Assembly (NCBI GenBank): GCA_964016885.1
Contig: OZ024740.1
Span: 250,790,001 to 250,854,000, forward strand
Reading direction: 5' to 3'
DNA: 64,000 bases
Source: Eledone cirrhosa
Taxonomy: Eukaryota
Shown here one piece after another: positions 1 through 15,689 of this stretch (position 1 is the stretch's first letter; every line of letters starts with the position of its first letter). The position numbers and the translations under genes are program-made. The notes beneath the pieces were generated by a model. That model ran no database searches. It was not told the origin of the DNA and saw only the letters and a list, made by a program, of their open reading frames with translations.

Positions 1-3
1 TAA

Positions 4-73
4 ACACACACACACACACTCACACACACACACACACACACATACACATACACACACATACACACACACGCAC
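4..73. repeat. (CA)n microsatellite
   Basis: Visible imperfect CA dinucleotide run. Confidence 0.95.
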
Positions 74-546
74 ATATTTTGGGGTCTTATACATCTGTAT
101 AGTATTTGTGGATATATGTGTATCTGTTTGTGTGTTGTACAATGCTAAATACCGAGTGCGAGGGGGAGAAAGAGAGAGACAGGTAAAGTGAGAAAGTGGC
201 TGTTTACTTCTCCTCCATCCTCGCCTTTTTCATCACAACTTCGTCGTCTCATTGAATCATTTCGAAAGAGGGAGAAATGTAAATAGTAGGAAAGATCGTA
301 TAAGTGGGTGTGTGAGTGAGTTAGAGAGAGAAAAGAGAGAAAGCGAGAAAGAAACAGATATAGACTAAAAGAGAGGAAGAATTACAGAGGTGAAAGAGAA
401 TATGTGTGTGAGAGAGAGACACAGAATGAGAAAGAGACAGAGAGATATGTGTGTGTGTGTTTGAATGTACGAGTGTGTAAAATGGAGAAGGGGTGGTGGA
501 AAGCTATTCTTTGTGTGAGTGTATGTGTTTGCGTTTGTCTGAAAAG

Positions 547-651
<105 letters not shown>

Positions 652-713
652 TGTTTGTATATATAAGAATATGTAATTATATATATCTATATCTATATAT
701 ATCTATATATATA

Positions 714-2383
<1,670 letters not shown>

Positions 2384-2524
2384 ATACATTGGGAGGGTCA
2401 TGTTGCCAATAACAAAAACACGCACCAGTTGTTTCACTCCAATTTATTATAAATTAAGTTATAAATTTAAAAAAAATTATAAATTTCCGGTTTGTTGGTT
2501 CCACAACTGCACGGTTCATATATT

Positions 2525-2567
2525 GTCAAAGTTCTTTCGTTACACATTCTGTGACCTCTTCAGTGAC
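2525..2567 (-). ncRNA. Minimal hammerhead ribozyme (inverted-arm copy, stem II mutated)
   Basis: GTCA-CTGAAGA-G-GTCACAgaatgTGTAAC-GAAA-GaaC-TT-TGAC. Confidence 0.6.
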
Positions 2568-2848
2568 CGGGATTCTTTTCTTTGTTTTGTGCCTCTCCTT
2601 TGATCTGTCCTACGCCATCTTGTTTGTGTTTGCGCCTGTGTTACATCCGGGTGTCTGTGTGTGTTTTTATTTGTTTGTTTATTTGTTTATTTACACGTTA
2701 CTAGTTAGTTGAATGTTCTATGTGTGTGTGTTTTCATTTTGTTCCTAATTGTAAATTGTGATGTTGCTATTCCATTCATGATTTCTATTTAATTTTGGTT
2801 GGAGTTCATTTACGTTTATTGCCTATGTGATTTGTCTAAACATTGCGT

Positions 2849-4022
2849 CTAAACATTGCGTGTAGATTTTATTTTTATTTCTATGTTCTCTAATGTGGCC
2901 TTATGTTCTATTTTAGCATGTTGGTGGAGTACTGATGAGTCTTTTCTATCTTGAAGCTCTCGCCAGTGTTCATTTAATCGTTCTCCTATACTACAAGCTG
3001 TCTCACCTATGTACATTATATTCTTATCTTTAGATTGTCCCTCAGTACATCTTATGCTATATACTATGTTTCTAGTTTTACAGTTAATATAGGGGCTTAG
3101 TTTACAGATTATGCATTTCTCATCTATACAGGGAGGTCTTTGAAAAGGGTATGAATTACTAATAAGTGTTTTTATGGAGGTACCTGGTCTTTCCACTATC
3201 TTAATATTTAGTTTAAGTTTATCTAGGGCCCTTCTAAATTGGTAAGCTAGTTCACCTCTTGGGGTTGTATTGATGAACATTACACTCTGGTATTTATTGC
3301 TATCATACCATGAGTTTATTCTATTAACCTTATTCCTAGTTCTTTCTATTCTATTCCAAAATTTGCTCCTGTACAAGGGGCAGGTCCCATTTGTATCATT
3401 ATTTCCATTTGGTTCTGGCTCCTCTATATACTCTGATTTTATCTCTCTGATTGTAACCAGAGAACTGCATACGGTGGATGAAGTGTTGTATGTGTCTCTC
3501 TAGCTCTTTGGGGGGGGGGGGGTTCATATGTGGGACACGTTTCTCATCACCCGCACTAAATCCGCAATCAGTATGTTGATTTGAGTGTGATCCGAAACAG
3601 CTGAGTTTCGGTGGATCAGGTATTTGGAAGTCATGGGTTTGGCATAATGGGAATGGAGGATTTGATTTTTGTTATTAATGGTTTCTAACCAGAGCTCTGC
3701 GTCTAGTACAGGTAATCGATGGTTGGGGTGTTTTCTTGGGTAGTCTATAGTAACTTTAATACTCTGGTGGATGGAGTTAGCTATTTGCTGGATGCTTTGC
3801 ATGGTGTTTTATTCTAATTCCTGACTGTTCTCTCGTGGAGTTGTTTTTACTACGATGTTTATATCATCAACGTATTGGGAGTACATAATCAGGGTTAAGA
3901 GGTTGTTGTCTTCTAATTGTTCTTTAAGTTTATTGTCCCACCATACCATGAATAGGTTAGCTATGTCACTTGCAATGCTAACTCCAAGGGCTGCTCCCTC
4001 CTCATGGGCATATGTTTTTCCA
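2849..4022 (-). pseudogene. PLE RT C-terminus/GIY-YIG endonuclease, disrupted
   Basis: ORF pieces 3809-4336, 3524-3802 and 2849-3376 with frameshifts. Confidence 0.85.
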
Positions 4023-4220
4023 CATCCTATGCCTCTAGCCACCACCACAATCTTAACACAGACACAGAAAACAGATAATGACAGTAACAAAGAGGTGAGG
4101 GACTTTAATGGCAATGAGAGAAGTAGAGAGACTAAAGACAAGGGCAGAGAAAATAACCAGGACGAACAGACAGACACACAAAATAGATTAGATAATAACA
4201 ATGAACCAGAGTGAAGAGAC

Positions 4221-6241
4221 ATGAGTAACGATAAGAGATATAGAAACAACCATGAGGCTGTTGGTGGAAATAGAAATGGAAACAACAACACAACAAACAA
4301 TAGCAATAGAACACACAACGCAACATGGAATTCCACTTTTTATAACGCTTCCAATATGTCCTTCGACTTACGACGAGTCCACGCCACGACTTTAGCTTTT
4401 AACAAATGCACGCAATTGCCGTCGCAAGTCGATGAACAAACAGAAGCACAATTTAATATAGCTAGATCTAAACTTAGAAATATTATAGAACAGTATAGCA
4501 AGAAGCAAAATAGAATGGAGGCCCAGCAACTGGGAGAAAAATCTGAAAATGGCTTGCGTAAGCTCATGCAGCGCTCACGTAATGGAGAGATTGAATCGTT
4601 TCCAACAGACAAGTTGGTTGACGGTTGACGGTCTGCCAAACTACATCCAGGCAATGCAACCCCACATCACTAACACAAGAGAAGTAACACCACACGAGCA
4701 TAAGGATAGGGAGAAAACCCTCAACGCTCATATGATGATGGGGACAAACATAATGCAGCCCAATAAACGGACTGCCAACAACTCCCAGGCTTGGAACAAT
4801 GACGTGCCAGCGTTGTATAGGCTTCGAAAAGACCATAAGACGAACAGTGATCCAGTCACAGGACCACCAACACGGCCAGTGTGTGGAGCTAACATTGCTA
4901 GCAACTACATACTTTCCTACTTCCTCCCTCTGATCGTACGCCCCATCATTGAAATATCCCCAGATATATGTGACAGCACGGAGGACCTCCTCAGCAGAAT
5001 CAGCAAAAATAACCTGTCTAGGGACCTAACATCATTGACGTGAATTTGTTGTGGAGAAATGCGTGGAAATGATCAGTGAGAGCAATGTTGAATTCCGTGG
5101 GATTGATACCAGTGAGCTGGAAAAACATATGCCCAAGAGGAGGGAGCAGCCATTGGTGTTAGCATTGCAGGTGACATAGCTTAAAGAACAATTAGAAGAC
5201 AACAACCTCTTAATCCTGATTATGTACTCCCGATACGTTGATGATATAAACATCGTAGTAAAAACACCCCCACTAGAGAACAGTCAGGAATTAGAGAAAA
5301 ACACCATGGAAAGCATCCAGCAAATAGCTAACTCCATCCACCAGAGTATTAAAGTTACTATAGACTACCCAAGCAAACATCCCAACCATCGATTACCTGT
5401 ACTAGACACAGAGCTCTGGTTAGAAACCATTAATAACAAAAAAAAACAAATCCTCCATTCCCATTAGGCCAAACCCATGACTTCCAAATACCTGATCCAC
5501 CGAAACTCAGCTGTCTCGGATCACACCAAAATTAACATACTGATTGCGGAGTTAATACGGGTGATGAGAAACGTGTCCCACATGTGCAACCCCAAAGAAT
5601 TAGAGAGACTCATACAGCACTTCATCCACCGTATGCAGTTCTCTGGTTACAATCAGAGACATAAAATCAGAGTATATAGAGGAGCCAGAACCAAATGGGA
5701 AAAAATGGTAAATAATGATACAAATGGGACCTACCCCTTGTATAGGAGCAAATTTTGGAATAGAATAGAAAGAACTAGGAATAAGGTTAATAGAATAAAC
5801 TCATGGTATGATAGCAATAAATACCAGAGTGTAATGTTCATCAATACAACCCCAAGAGGTGAACTAGCTTACCAATTTAGAAGGGCCCTGGATAAACTTA
5901 AACTAAATATTTAGATAGTGGAAAGATCAGGTACCTCCATAAAAACACTTATTAGTAATACATACCCGTTTCAAAGACCTCCCTGTATAGATAAGAAATG
6001 CATAATCTGTAAACTAAGCCCTTATACTAACTGTAAAAGTAGAAACATAGTATATAGCATAAGATGTACTGAGGGACAATCTAAAGATAAGAATATAATG
6101 TACATAGGTGAGACAGCTTGTAGTATAGGAGAACGATTAAATGAACACTGGCGAGAGCTTCAAGATAGAAAAGACTCATCAGTACTCCACCAACATGCTA
6201 AAATAGAACATAAGGCCAAATTAGAGAACATAGACACATAG
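4221..6241 (+). pseudogene. PLE RT/GIY-YIG ORF, disrupted
   Basis: LYRLRKDHK...PTRPVCGA (RT motifs 1-2), YSRYVDD and YIGET across stops and frameshifts. Confidence 0.85.
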
Positions 6242-6409
6242 AACAAACAACCAACTAGTAACATGTAAATAAACAAATAAACAAACAAATATAAACACAC
6301 AGACACCCGGATGTAACACAGGCGCAAACTAAGTACACAACACACACTCAAACAAGATGGCGTAGGAAAGAACAAAGAAGAGGCAAAAAAACAAAGAAAA
6401 GAATCCCCG

Positions 6410-6452
6410 GTCACTGAAGAGGTCACAGAATCTGTGACGAAAGAACTTTGAC
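6410..6452 (+). ncRNA. Minimal type I hammerhead ribozyme
   Basis: GTCA-CTGAAGA-G-GTCACAgaatcTGTGAC-GAAA-GaaC-TT-TGAC in the PLE 3' UTR. Confidence 0.75.
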
Positions 6453-6904
6453 AATATATGAACAACCGTCCGGTTGTGGAACCAACCAACCAACCGGAAA
6501 TTTATAAAAAAATTTAAATTTATAACTTAATTTATAATAAACTGGAGTGAAAGCAACTGGTGCGTGTGTTTCTTGTTGGCAACATGACCCCCATAAAGTA
6601 TAACAATATCGGTTTCAACACACGTTTTCAGATAAAGAATCTTGCTAAACAAATTCAGAAACGAAATATATATATATATATATATATATAATTTCTACCC
6701 GCCGAAATGCGATTCTCGCTAAATTTATATTTGTATTAATCTCCCAAGTCAAGCGGTTATATTTGTATTAATCTCCCAAGTCAACCAGTTAATTTTTTTT
6801 TGGCTTTTTAGTTAATTCTAATGGCTGATTAATCGCTTAAGTTTATTTTAAAAACAACTCGGTCGAGAGCTTAATTCGTTTTATAAAAGAGATAATTGAC
6901 ATTA

Positions 6905-9900
6905 AGGGCTCTGGAACCACACCAGGTGAAGGGGTCTGATCCGCCAGAGGCCCCACGGCATCACAGCCTGGGCCCGCCCGTCATTGTGCCACTGTGATAG
7001 AACGAAACAAAACATTGAATATTGGCTGTTGGAACGTGCGAACACTGCTTGACAGGGATTCCTCCGAACGACCGCTCTTGTTGCAAAGGAGCTTCGTCGT
7101 TACGATCTTGACATCGTTGCTTTATTCGAGACGAGGTTAGCTGGAGATGGTCATACGGAATTTTGTGGAAAATATACATTCTTTTGGAAAGGGAGGGATG
7201 AAGGAATTAGAAGAGAGGCTGAGGGTAGTATTTGTTGTTAATACTGCTCTTGTGGTTAAATTGGAAGAATTCCCAGTGTGAATTTAGTGAGCGTCTTATG
7301 CCCATGAGAATTCCGCTGGACAAAGGAAGATATGCAACCCTGGTGAGTGTCTATGCTCCAACTATGAATTCTATTGATGAGGAAAAAGTGTCTTTCTACC
7401 ATGCTTTGAAAGGTCTTATAAAAAATATCCCTCAGGCAGACAAGGACTTTAATGCTAGAGTGGGTAGGGATTTTAGCACATGGACTGTAATTGGAAGTCA
7501 TAGGGTAGGAAACTGTAACTGCTGCAGATGTGTGAGGAGCTGAATCTATGTGTTACCGCACCATGTTTCAGCAAAAAAATAAATTTAAGACCACATGAAT
7601 GCACCCTGCATCTAAAGAATCGCATCTTCTGTACTACGTCCTTGTCAGGGGGCGTGACAGACGGGATGTGCAGTGTGTTCGTGTCCTTCGTGGGGCTGAG
7701 TGTTGGACGGACCACCACCTCGTACGTACAAAATTGAAATTAATCAAAAAACGTAAAATCCGGGCTACTGGTGTTACCCTGCCTAGAAGAGTGAATGCTA
7801 CTCGTCTTAGGGTAATAGTGTGAAGAGGACATTGCGAGAAGAAATGCATGTTGCAGATTTTGGTGAGAATTGGCCGACCCTTAAAAAGTCGGTTTATGAT
7901 GTAGGCAGGCGTGTTCTGGGATTGGTACAAAGAAAGCATCAAGACTGGTTTAAAGAAAATGATGAACATATAGATGAATTGTTGGCTGATAAGAGGCGTG
8001 CTCTGTCACGTTACTTGGCAGCGAAGCCACAAGAGAAGATTATGTTACATAAGGAACTCAAGGATGTGAAATCATGTGTGAGGCGGAGGCTTACACAGAT
8101 GAAGGATAAGTGATGGAGTGAGAAGGCTGATGAGATACAAGCTGCATCAGATTCCAATAACACAAAGCTGTTGTACAGTCTCTTGCATGAAATTTATGGA
8201 CCGTCTTCTTCTCTGGTGACACCGCTTCGCAGCAAGGATGGCAAGGAACTTCTTCGTGACTCACAGGGAATTCTGCGAAGGTGGCGAGAGCACTTTGATG
8301 AACTTTTGAATCAGCTGTCTGTCGACAATGAAGATTTCCTCAATCTCATTCCTGAAAAACCTGTGAAAGTAGCTCTCGCAGAACCACCGATGTTTGAGGA
8401 GGTTGCAGTAGCTATCTCGAAGATGAACAGTGGAAGATCTCCAGGTATGGATGGCATACATGCAGAGCTCTTACAATATGGTGGTGAGATACTTCTGCGA
8501 CATCTTCTCCCTTTGTTTGGCAGGATATGGGTTAGTGAATCCGTGCATGAGGACTGGATAATTGCCGTAATGGTAGTCTTGTACAAGGGAAAGGGTAACA
8601 AGAATGATTGTGGAAACTACAGAGGTATATCATTGCTTTCTGTCGTAGGAAAAATTTAATGAAGGGTGCTTCTGGACCATTTGCTGACACACATTGCAGA
8701 TTATATTCTTCCTGGAAGTCAATCTGGTTTTCCTGCTGGACGCGGCACTACTGATATGATCTTCTCAGCTAGACAGCTCCAGGGTTTGGATCTGTATCAG
8801 GTTTTTGACGATCTGACAAAAGCTTTCGATACTGTTAACAGAAAGGCATTGTGGAAGGTTCTCCAGAAACTTGGTTGCCCTGATAAGTTCCTTGCTTTGG
8901 TTAGGCCTTTTCATGATGTCGGGGGGTAACATGTTGGAGCCTATCTCAGTGAAAAATGGAGTGAAACATGGGGATATTCCAGAACCGACCTTATTTGCTA
9001 TATACTTTGCGATGGTTTTCTATATTGCATTCAGGAATTGCAAGCATGGTGTTTACATCTACTGTCGAACCTCAGGCTGCATATTTTACATCAGGCGCTT
9101 TGCTGCAAAAACAATAGTATTTGCCTCTATCATAAGAGACCTCTTGTATGCAGATGATTGCGGTCTTGTAGCGCACACAGAGATTGATATGCAGCACATT
9201 TTGAATGCATTTTCTGATGCTTTCACTGTCCTAGGATTGACTGTTGGTCTCAAGAAAACCGTCGTCATGTACCATTCTGCCCCTGGTAAGCAGTACAGTG
9301 AACCAAATATCTATGTGTATGGTAAACGACTTGGAGTGGTTGATCAGTTTGTCTACCTGGGAAGCAGTCAATCGATACAGCAATCTTGATAATGAAATTC
9401 CACTTAAGATTAGGAAAGCAAGTGATGCTTTCGGAAAGCTAGAAAAGCGCCTCTGGGGTCGGCGAGACATATGCAAGAAGACAAAGGTAAAGGTGTACAA
9501 GGCATGTGTGCTCTCTTCTCTTCTTTTTGCCTGCGACACCTGGGTCACATATCGACACCATTTCAAACAGTTGGAAAGTTTCCATCAGATGTGTTTCAGA
9601 CAGATCCATGGCATTCACTGGAGGGACCACATCAGTGATGTCGAGCTTTTGGAAAGCTCTCTGTGTGAAAGCATAGAAGCTCTTGTGCTTAAGCAAAGAT
9701 TCCGATGGAATTGCCAGGATGAAGGATTCTAGAATACCGAAACAACTCTTTTATGGAGAGTTAGTTAAAGGAAAACAACCTCCACATAAACCAAAAAGAG
9801 GTATAAGGATTCGTTGAAAGCATCCTTGAAAGACGTAATATCTCTGCTGATACATGGGAAAGCGTAGCTGCTGATCGTAATAAATGGAGAAAGACTGTAC

Positions 9901-10305
9901 ACGAGGGGAAAGTTGCTTTTGAAGCATCTTGAATCGCACGCGAGAAAGGAAAAAGGGATGCGAGGAAAGGCATTGCTGTTGCATTTCCAAGCAAAGGTCC
10001 TCATATGGCGCTGACATGCAACGTCTGTACGAGACACTGGCTCAGCAAAGCTAGATTCGAAACTCATCTTCGTAGTCATAAAGTGGGACCAGTAGTTGAC
10101 TACCAGTCTACTATCGAAGATGCTGCCCATGATACCTGTCAAGTATGTGGAAGAGAGTGTAGATCAGCAGGAGTACATGCAAAAGTATATGAAATCCAAC
10201 CACAACCGGCTATTGCCAGTGAATGCTTTGGTTGCCAACTCTTACAAGACATTTTAGATCATTGGCTGAGCTAAAATGCTACATTCGATTGCAGCACCGT
10301 TAATT
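6905..10305 (+). mobile_element. RTE-clade LINE, near full length, degenerate
   Basis: APE domain (NIGCWNVRTL, SVYAPT, DFNARVG, CWTDHHLV), RT (NYRGISLLS, DLTKAFDTV, LLYADD), C-terminal C2H2-like fingers; many frameshifts. Confidence 0.92.
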
Positions 10306-10336
10306 GTTAATATATATGTGTGTGTATATATATATG

Positions 10337-10998
10337 TATAACGAATAATCCAGTTGTAACGGATAAGTGAATAGATGGAATTGTTGTTATGATGGTTTCA
10401 ATGCAAAGAATAATACCAGGATTGTGTTGTTACAATGTTTATTTTATTATAACAATATTCAATTTGAATATTGAATGATAAAATCTATAACATGAAATAT
10501 TCGTACAATAATTTGGTGGCTCTTCGAGCCACGTAAATACAAGTATCACAGAATACGATTATAATATAATTTGTATTGTATCTGAAAGATACAACGTGAA
10601 TAAACAGAAATGCGTGTGAAGATGCAAACAGTGTGAACTTACTATGTGTGCGTGTGTGCGTGTGTGCGTATTAGTATACTTTCTTGTTTTAGCAGTAGTA
10701 GTAATCAATCAGCCAGGCGGAAAAGGCGTGTGAGAAAATAGTGGACAGACGTTTTTCGTGAAGAGAGCGTGTAAATGCGACCTGTCTTGTCTGTAGTCTC
10801 ACTTTTTCTCCCGGGCGTAAACAACCCTTGTATTTATAATGGTTGAAGTTAGAAGGATGGATATATCATCTGACCTATGGTTAACATCTCCCAAGGTCTG
10901 CCGGGTGTAAACAACTAATCACGGCTTGTCCCAGAGGCGGGAAAGCTCAGATTCGGTTTCGAATCTTCGCCGGTAATATGTAGGAGTATTCCATTACG
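10337..10998 (-). repeat. 3' LTR of Gypsy element (~660 bp)
   Basis: Follows the PPT; degenerate TGTAA...TTACA termini; end matches 15121-15254. Confidence 0.7.
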
Positions 10999-11001
10999 GT
11001 A

Positions 11002-11011
11002 CCCCCCTTCC
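11002..11011 (-). promoter_or_regulatory. Polypurine tract
   Basis: GGAAGGGGGG just upstream of the 3' LTR on the minus strand. Confidence 0.7.
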
Positions 11012-11394
11012 AGTGAGAAAGCTAAAGATCGAACGATGTAGGTGTATGTGAAATTAAGATAGGTATGATTAGGTGTGTTGTTGAAGAAAATCAGCAAAAA
11101 AAAAATACATGAAAGTAATTTACAAACAGGCGAAATGAAAGAAAACATACAAAGCAAAACAAATTTACATGCAGGAAAATGTACTGTGATGTTACATAAA
11201 ATTGAAAATATTCATACGAAAAGTTTCATTTCATAAAAATGTAAAAATGTTCTTTTGCCTGTTCTTTTGATGTCTATGATGCACAGGGTAAATTGATTTG
11301 TGTGTAGCAATAGTTCATGACCACAGAAATTGGCCAATTTGTTGAAATGTACAAATTAGCCGAAATGTCGACCAGATGCATAATTTGTGCTTAC

Positions 11395-14300
11395 CCGATA
11401 AACTTGTACGTATCGTGTGGGCCAGATTTGGTTCTTCCAGATTTGGTGTGTCGGAGTTGTGCAGAATTTGTCGTGTTTGTGTCGGGCAAAGTTGTTGGTG
11501 AGTCTGCTGGAGAAACGGTGGGTACTGGTGGAAAATCCTGTTCTATGAACGCTTTTTTAAACGGTCAATGGAGACGGTATTTCGTTTCCCGTTCAAGTCG
11601 AGGACGAAATACTTAGGGCGTTTCTGCATCACTTTATAGGTCCCGGAATACGGCGGACGAAGTTGCGATGGAATACCGTCATTTCTAACGAAAACATGCG
11701 TTCATGTATCGATGTCTTTTGGTATGTGTGAAGTAACGTGCTGTTGTTTAGGGGCTGAAGGAGACAGATGCGACATCGATGACTGTAAACGGTGCACATA
11801 TTTTGTTGGGTCTGGAAGTTCTTGTGGCGAAACAGGAGCGATAATTTTCCCGGGTAGAGCGAGTACGGTGCCATAAACCATTTCAGCCGGAGAATGTCCG
11901 ATTCCCTCCTTAACAGTGGAAAGAATACCAAGAAGAATGAGTGGCGACAGTTTCCGCAGGGGAAAAGCTTCTGGCCAGCGAGAAAATCGGTCGACACAGG
12001 TGAGAAGATGAGTGTAGTTGTGAGAAGGAGGCAAAGGTCCAACGATGTCTATGTGCACATGTTGGAATCGTGCATCAGGTGTTGCGAAAGAACCGATCGG
12101 GGCTTTGATGTGCCGGTAAATGTTCGCCTTCTGGCACGCGATACAGTTCCTAGCACATTCGTGGGTGTCCTTGTTGCTGTAGGGCCACACAAAGCGGGCA
12201 ACCATCAGTTTCTGCGTGTCACAGACGCCAGGATGTGACACAGAATGCAGTGCCGAAAAAAACGTCAGTTCGATGTTTCCGGGGCACGTATGGCGCTCGT
12301 CGCCTGTGGAGATGTCGCACCAAATATAACCTGAAGAAGCGGGCAGCCGGCATTCCTGCAATTTCAAGGATGATTTCCTGAGCTGTAGCAGTTCCTCGTC
12401 ATCCTGTTGATGCGCTGCAATCTTCTGGAGATCGATAGTGGCAGTGGTATGGATTGCGTTAAGCTCCATGTGCGACAGGGCATCAGCTGCTGAGTTGGTG
12501 GCACCCTTAATGTACCGAATGTCAGTAGTGTACTGAGAAATGAAGTCCAGATGTCGGACCTCCCTGGGTGAGTGGCAGTCAGGCTTGGCGTTGAACGCGT
12601 ACACTAGTGGTTTGTGGTCGGTGTATATGGAGAACACACGACCTTCTAACATGTGTCGAAAATGCTTGACAGCAAAGTATGCTGCGAATAATTCACGACT
12701 GAATGTGCTGTACTTAGTTTCGGCGGGTTTTAATCGCTTACAGAAAAAAGACACAGGTCGCCAAATATCGTCAGAGAGTTGTTGAAGCACACCTCCAACT
12801 CCGAAATCGGATGTATCAGTCAATAAGCACATTGGGGCGTCAGGTTTGGGTAACTCAACATTGTAGCCTCGGACAACATTTTCTTCAACTCATCGAAAGT
12901 GGTACATTCTTTTTCGCTGAGATTGATGTTTGCGTTTTTGGTTGTACGCTGCCGCAGCAAATCTGTGAGCGGTTGGGCTGTCTCTGCACAGTGGGGTATA
13001 AATCTTCTGTAGAAGTTCACCAGGCCAAGAAATTCTCGCAGTTTGCGGAGAGATGTGGGCTGTGGAAAATCAATGATGGATTTGACCTTCTCCTTAAGTG
13101 GGCGAATGCCATCTTCATCAATGATGTGTCCCAGAAAATGAAGGGACGCAACTCCGAACTCACTTTTGCTGGGGTTGATAACAATTCCGTATTCACGCAA
13201 ACGTGCGAATAGTAGGTGCAGGTGCCTCTCATGTTCTTCATCGGAGCCGTATACGTCGATGTATGCGTATACAAAAGGTAGACCTCTGGTGACTATATTG
13301 ATGAATCGTTGGAATATCTGCGCTGCATTACGCAAACCGAAAGGCATACGCAGGAATTCGAACATTCCAAAGGGTGTTGTGACGGCGGTCTTCGGAATAT
13401 CAGCGGGCTCCAGAGGTATCTGATTGTAAGCTCGCACAAGATCGATCTTCGAAAATATGCGAGCCCCATGCAGCGAGCTAGAGAAGTCCTGTAGATGAGG
13501 CACTGGATAAGAGTCAGGCACGGTTCAGTTGTTCAGTGCACGGTGGTCGCCACAGATTCGCCAGTCGTTCGATGACTTCTTGGGTACACAATGTATGGGT
13601 GAGGACCAATTACTGCTGGACGGACGTATGATGCCGAGATCCAGCATGTGTTGAAATTCTTGTCTGACGGACTTCAGACGGTCTGGTGGTAGCCTTCTAG
13701 GTCGTGCAGCGACAGGTGAACCGTGTGTTTTTATGTGGTGGGTGACGTCATGTTTTACAGGGCCGGCGTTGAATATTGGTCGAGCTACGTCTGGGTATTT
13801 GTTGATTATATAGCTGTGCCGGGTTGTTGTTGCCGATCGTGAAATAATTGGACTGACTGTGGCTTTCCGAGCGGCTATATCGCGCACAGCGAGACCAGTG
13901 GAGTTGTCAACGAGTCGTTGGGTTTTCAGGCCCACTAGCACTAGGAGTCGGCAGCTTAGCCACAAGGAATACCCACTGGAAAGTGTAGCGTAGTCCCAAA
14001 TTTAGTGTCAGGGACTGCTCTCCGTAGGTCGGAATATGTGAATGATTCACCGCATGGAGCCATGCTGGTGTTTCTTTCCCTTTTCCAGGAACGCAGGAAA
14101 CCGGGATGATGCTGACTTCAGCACCGGTGTCGACCAGCAAACGCATGCCTGTGACGCGATCCTGAATGAAAAACAGGCGGTTTTGATATTGAGGGCCAGA
14201 AAAGTCCGTCGCATTCAGTTTCTGGCTGTGTCGTTTCCCTGATTCGACATCAACACAATATGAACAGGGATGGCTGCACTTGCGCGCCCATCTTCCGAAT

Positions 14301-15067
14301 GTTTGGTGGTACCAACACATTTCTGGTGAATCACGAGATGCGCTGGGACTTCTTGAGCGACCACCAAATCGCCGAGTTCGACTGTTAGACCGACGCGTGG
14401 CAGGGTTACCCAGTGACAAGGCCTGAATTTGTTGCGTCAAGGCCTGTATCTGTGTTGCTTGCTGTACCAGTAACTGTGGCATTGGAGGGCTGAAGGAAAG
14501 GATTGGTGGAAGGCACGGCTGGCGTCACATTCGCTAAAGTTGAGTGCGGATGTGGTACCTCCATGATCTTATCTGCCAGCTCGGCGTGTTCTTCAATGGT
14601 GTTGGACTCCCTGGTGGAGGCTAAGACAACTTGTGTGGCAGAAGGCAAACGCTGGAGGAAGAGTTGCTTGAAAATTTCATCCGGGAGTTTATGTTCACCC
14701 AGAAGCTGCTTCATTCGCCGTAAGAGTTGCGTCGGCTTTTTATCTCCTAATTCCTCCGATATGAGGAGCCGGTGCAAGCGCTTCTGCTGCGACTTCGACG
14801 TCCTCTTAATTAACGTCGTTTTAAATGTGTCATATGACACAGAGCCGGGTGGTGCTAAAACGAGGTCTCAAACCTCATTCATAATCTCCGGAGACATCGA
14901 ACCAATGACATGTGTGAGACGAGATGCCTCGCTAACGATGTGAACTGCGCTTCGATGTGCGCGAACCACAGTGTTGGATCGTGCACCCAGAATGGGGGTA
15001 TCCTTAATGTAAACGCCACCCGGACTGCCATTTCTGCCGTAAATGAATCGTCGTGTGCTAGAGACAT
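11395..15067 (-). pseudogene. gag-pol, frameshifted
   Basis: ORF pieces 14879-15067, 14406-14840, 13907-14482, 13525-13965, 12820-13521 and 11702-12832, plus an integrase tail ending in TKSGR. Confidence 0.9.
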
Positions 15068-15107
15068 CGTTTGAAGTGAATAATCAGAAGGTTGTGTGTC
15101 TGTTTCA

Positions 15108-15118
15108 CGGGGTCACCA
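15108..15118 (-). promoter_or_regulatory. Primer-binding site (tRNA-Trp)
   Basis: TGGTGACCCCG two bases after the LTR end ...TTACA. Confidence 0.8.
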
Positions 15119-15120
15119 GT

Positions 15121-15254
15121 TGTAACGTATAATCCAGTTTTAACGGATAAGCGAATAGACGGAATTGTTGGTATGATGGTTTCAATGCAAAGAATAATAC
15201 CAGGATTGTGTTGTTACAATGTTTATTTTATTATAACAATATTCATTGAATATA
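15121..15254 (-). repeat. Truncated 5' LTR
   Basis: Matches 10337-10472, then is cut off by PLE sequence. Confidence 0.85.
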
Positions 15255-15689
15255 ACCTGTTGGCGGTTAACCCTATGTAGGCCCTACGGGACGTGGGTGT
15301 TTCGACCTTACATTTGTAGACAATGTTACTAGAGAGGCATTTCCCGGATAGGGGGCAATCAACCCGATTCCTACAATTACAGTTAGTACTAACTACAGGG
15401 CTGCACGTGTTCCTACGGCTAGGTAGTTTAGCTAAATTTGAAGTTGTGATGTTATGTGCAAGGTTAGGAGTCGTAGAGTAAGAAATTTTAATAGTATTTC
15501 TATTAAAAATGTTACTATATTTATGTGTAGGGGGAAAATGCTTCGTAATAAGGGATAGAAAGATCTTAGCTAATGGTGTGGCCACCTCCATATTATATGG
15601 TGGGTTATACCATATTATTATTATTATTACTATTTGGCTCTCTCGGTTGAGCACTCTATTGACTTATATTCATCATTCAGAAACAACAT

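Larger units (their letters stand above)
10337..15254 (-). mobile_element. Ty3/Gypsy LTR retrotransposon, CsRn1-like, degenerate
   Basis: Gag with CHCC motif (CWYHQTFGRWARKCSHPC), protease LVDTGAEVS, RT, RNase H, integrase order; Trp PBS; LTR ends 10337-10472 and 15121-15254 match. Confidence 0.92.
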
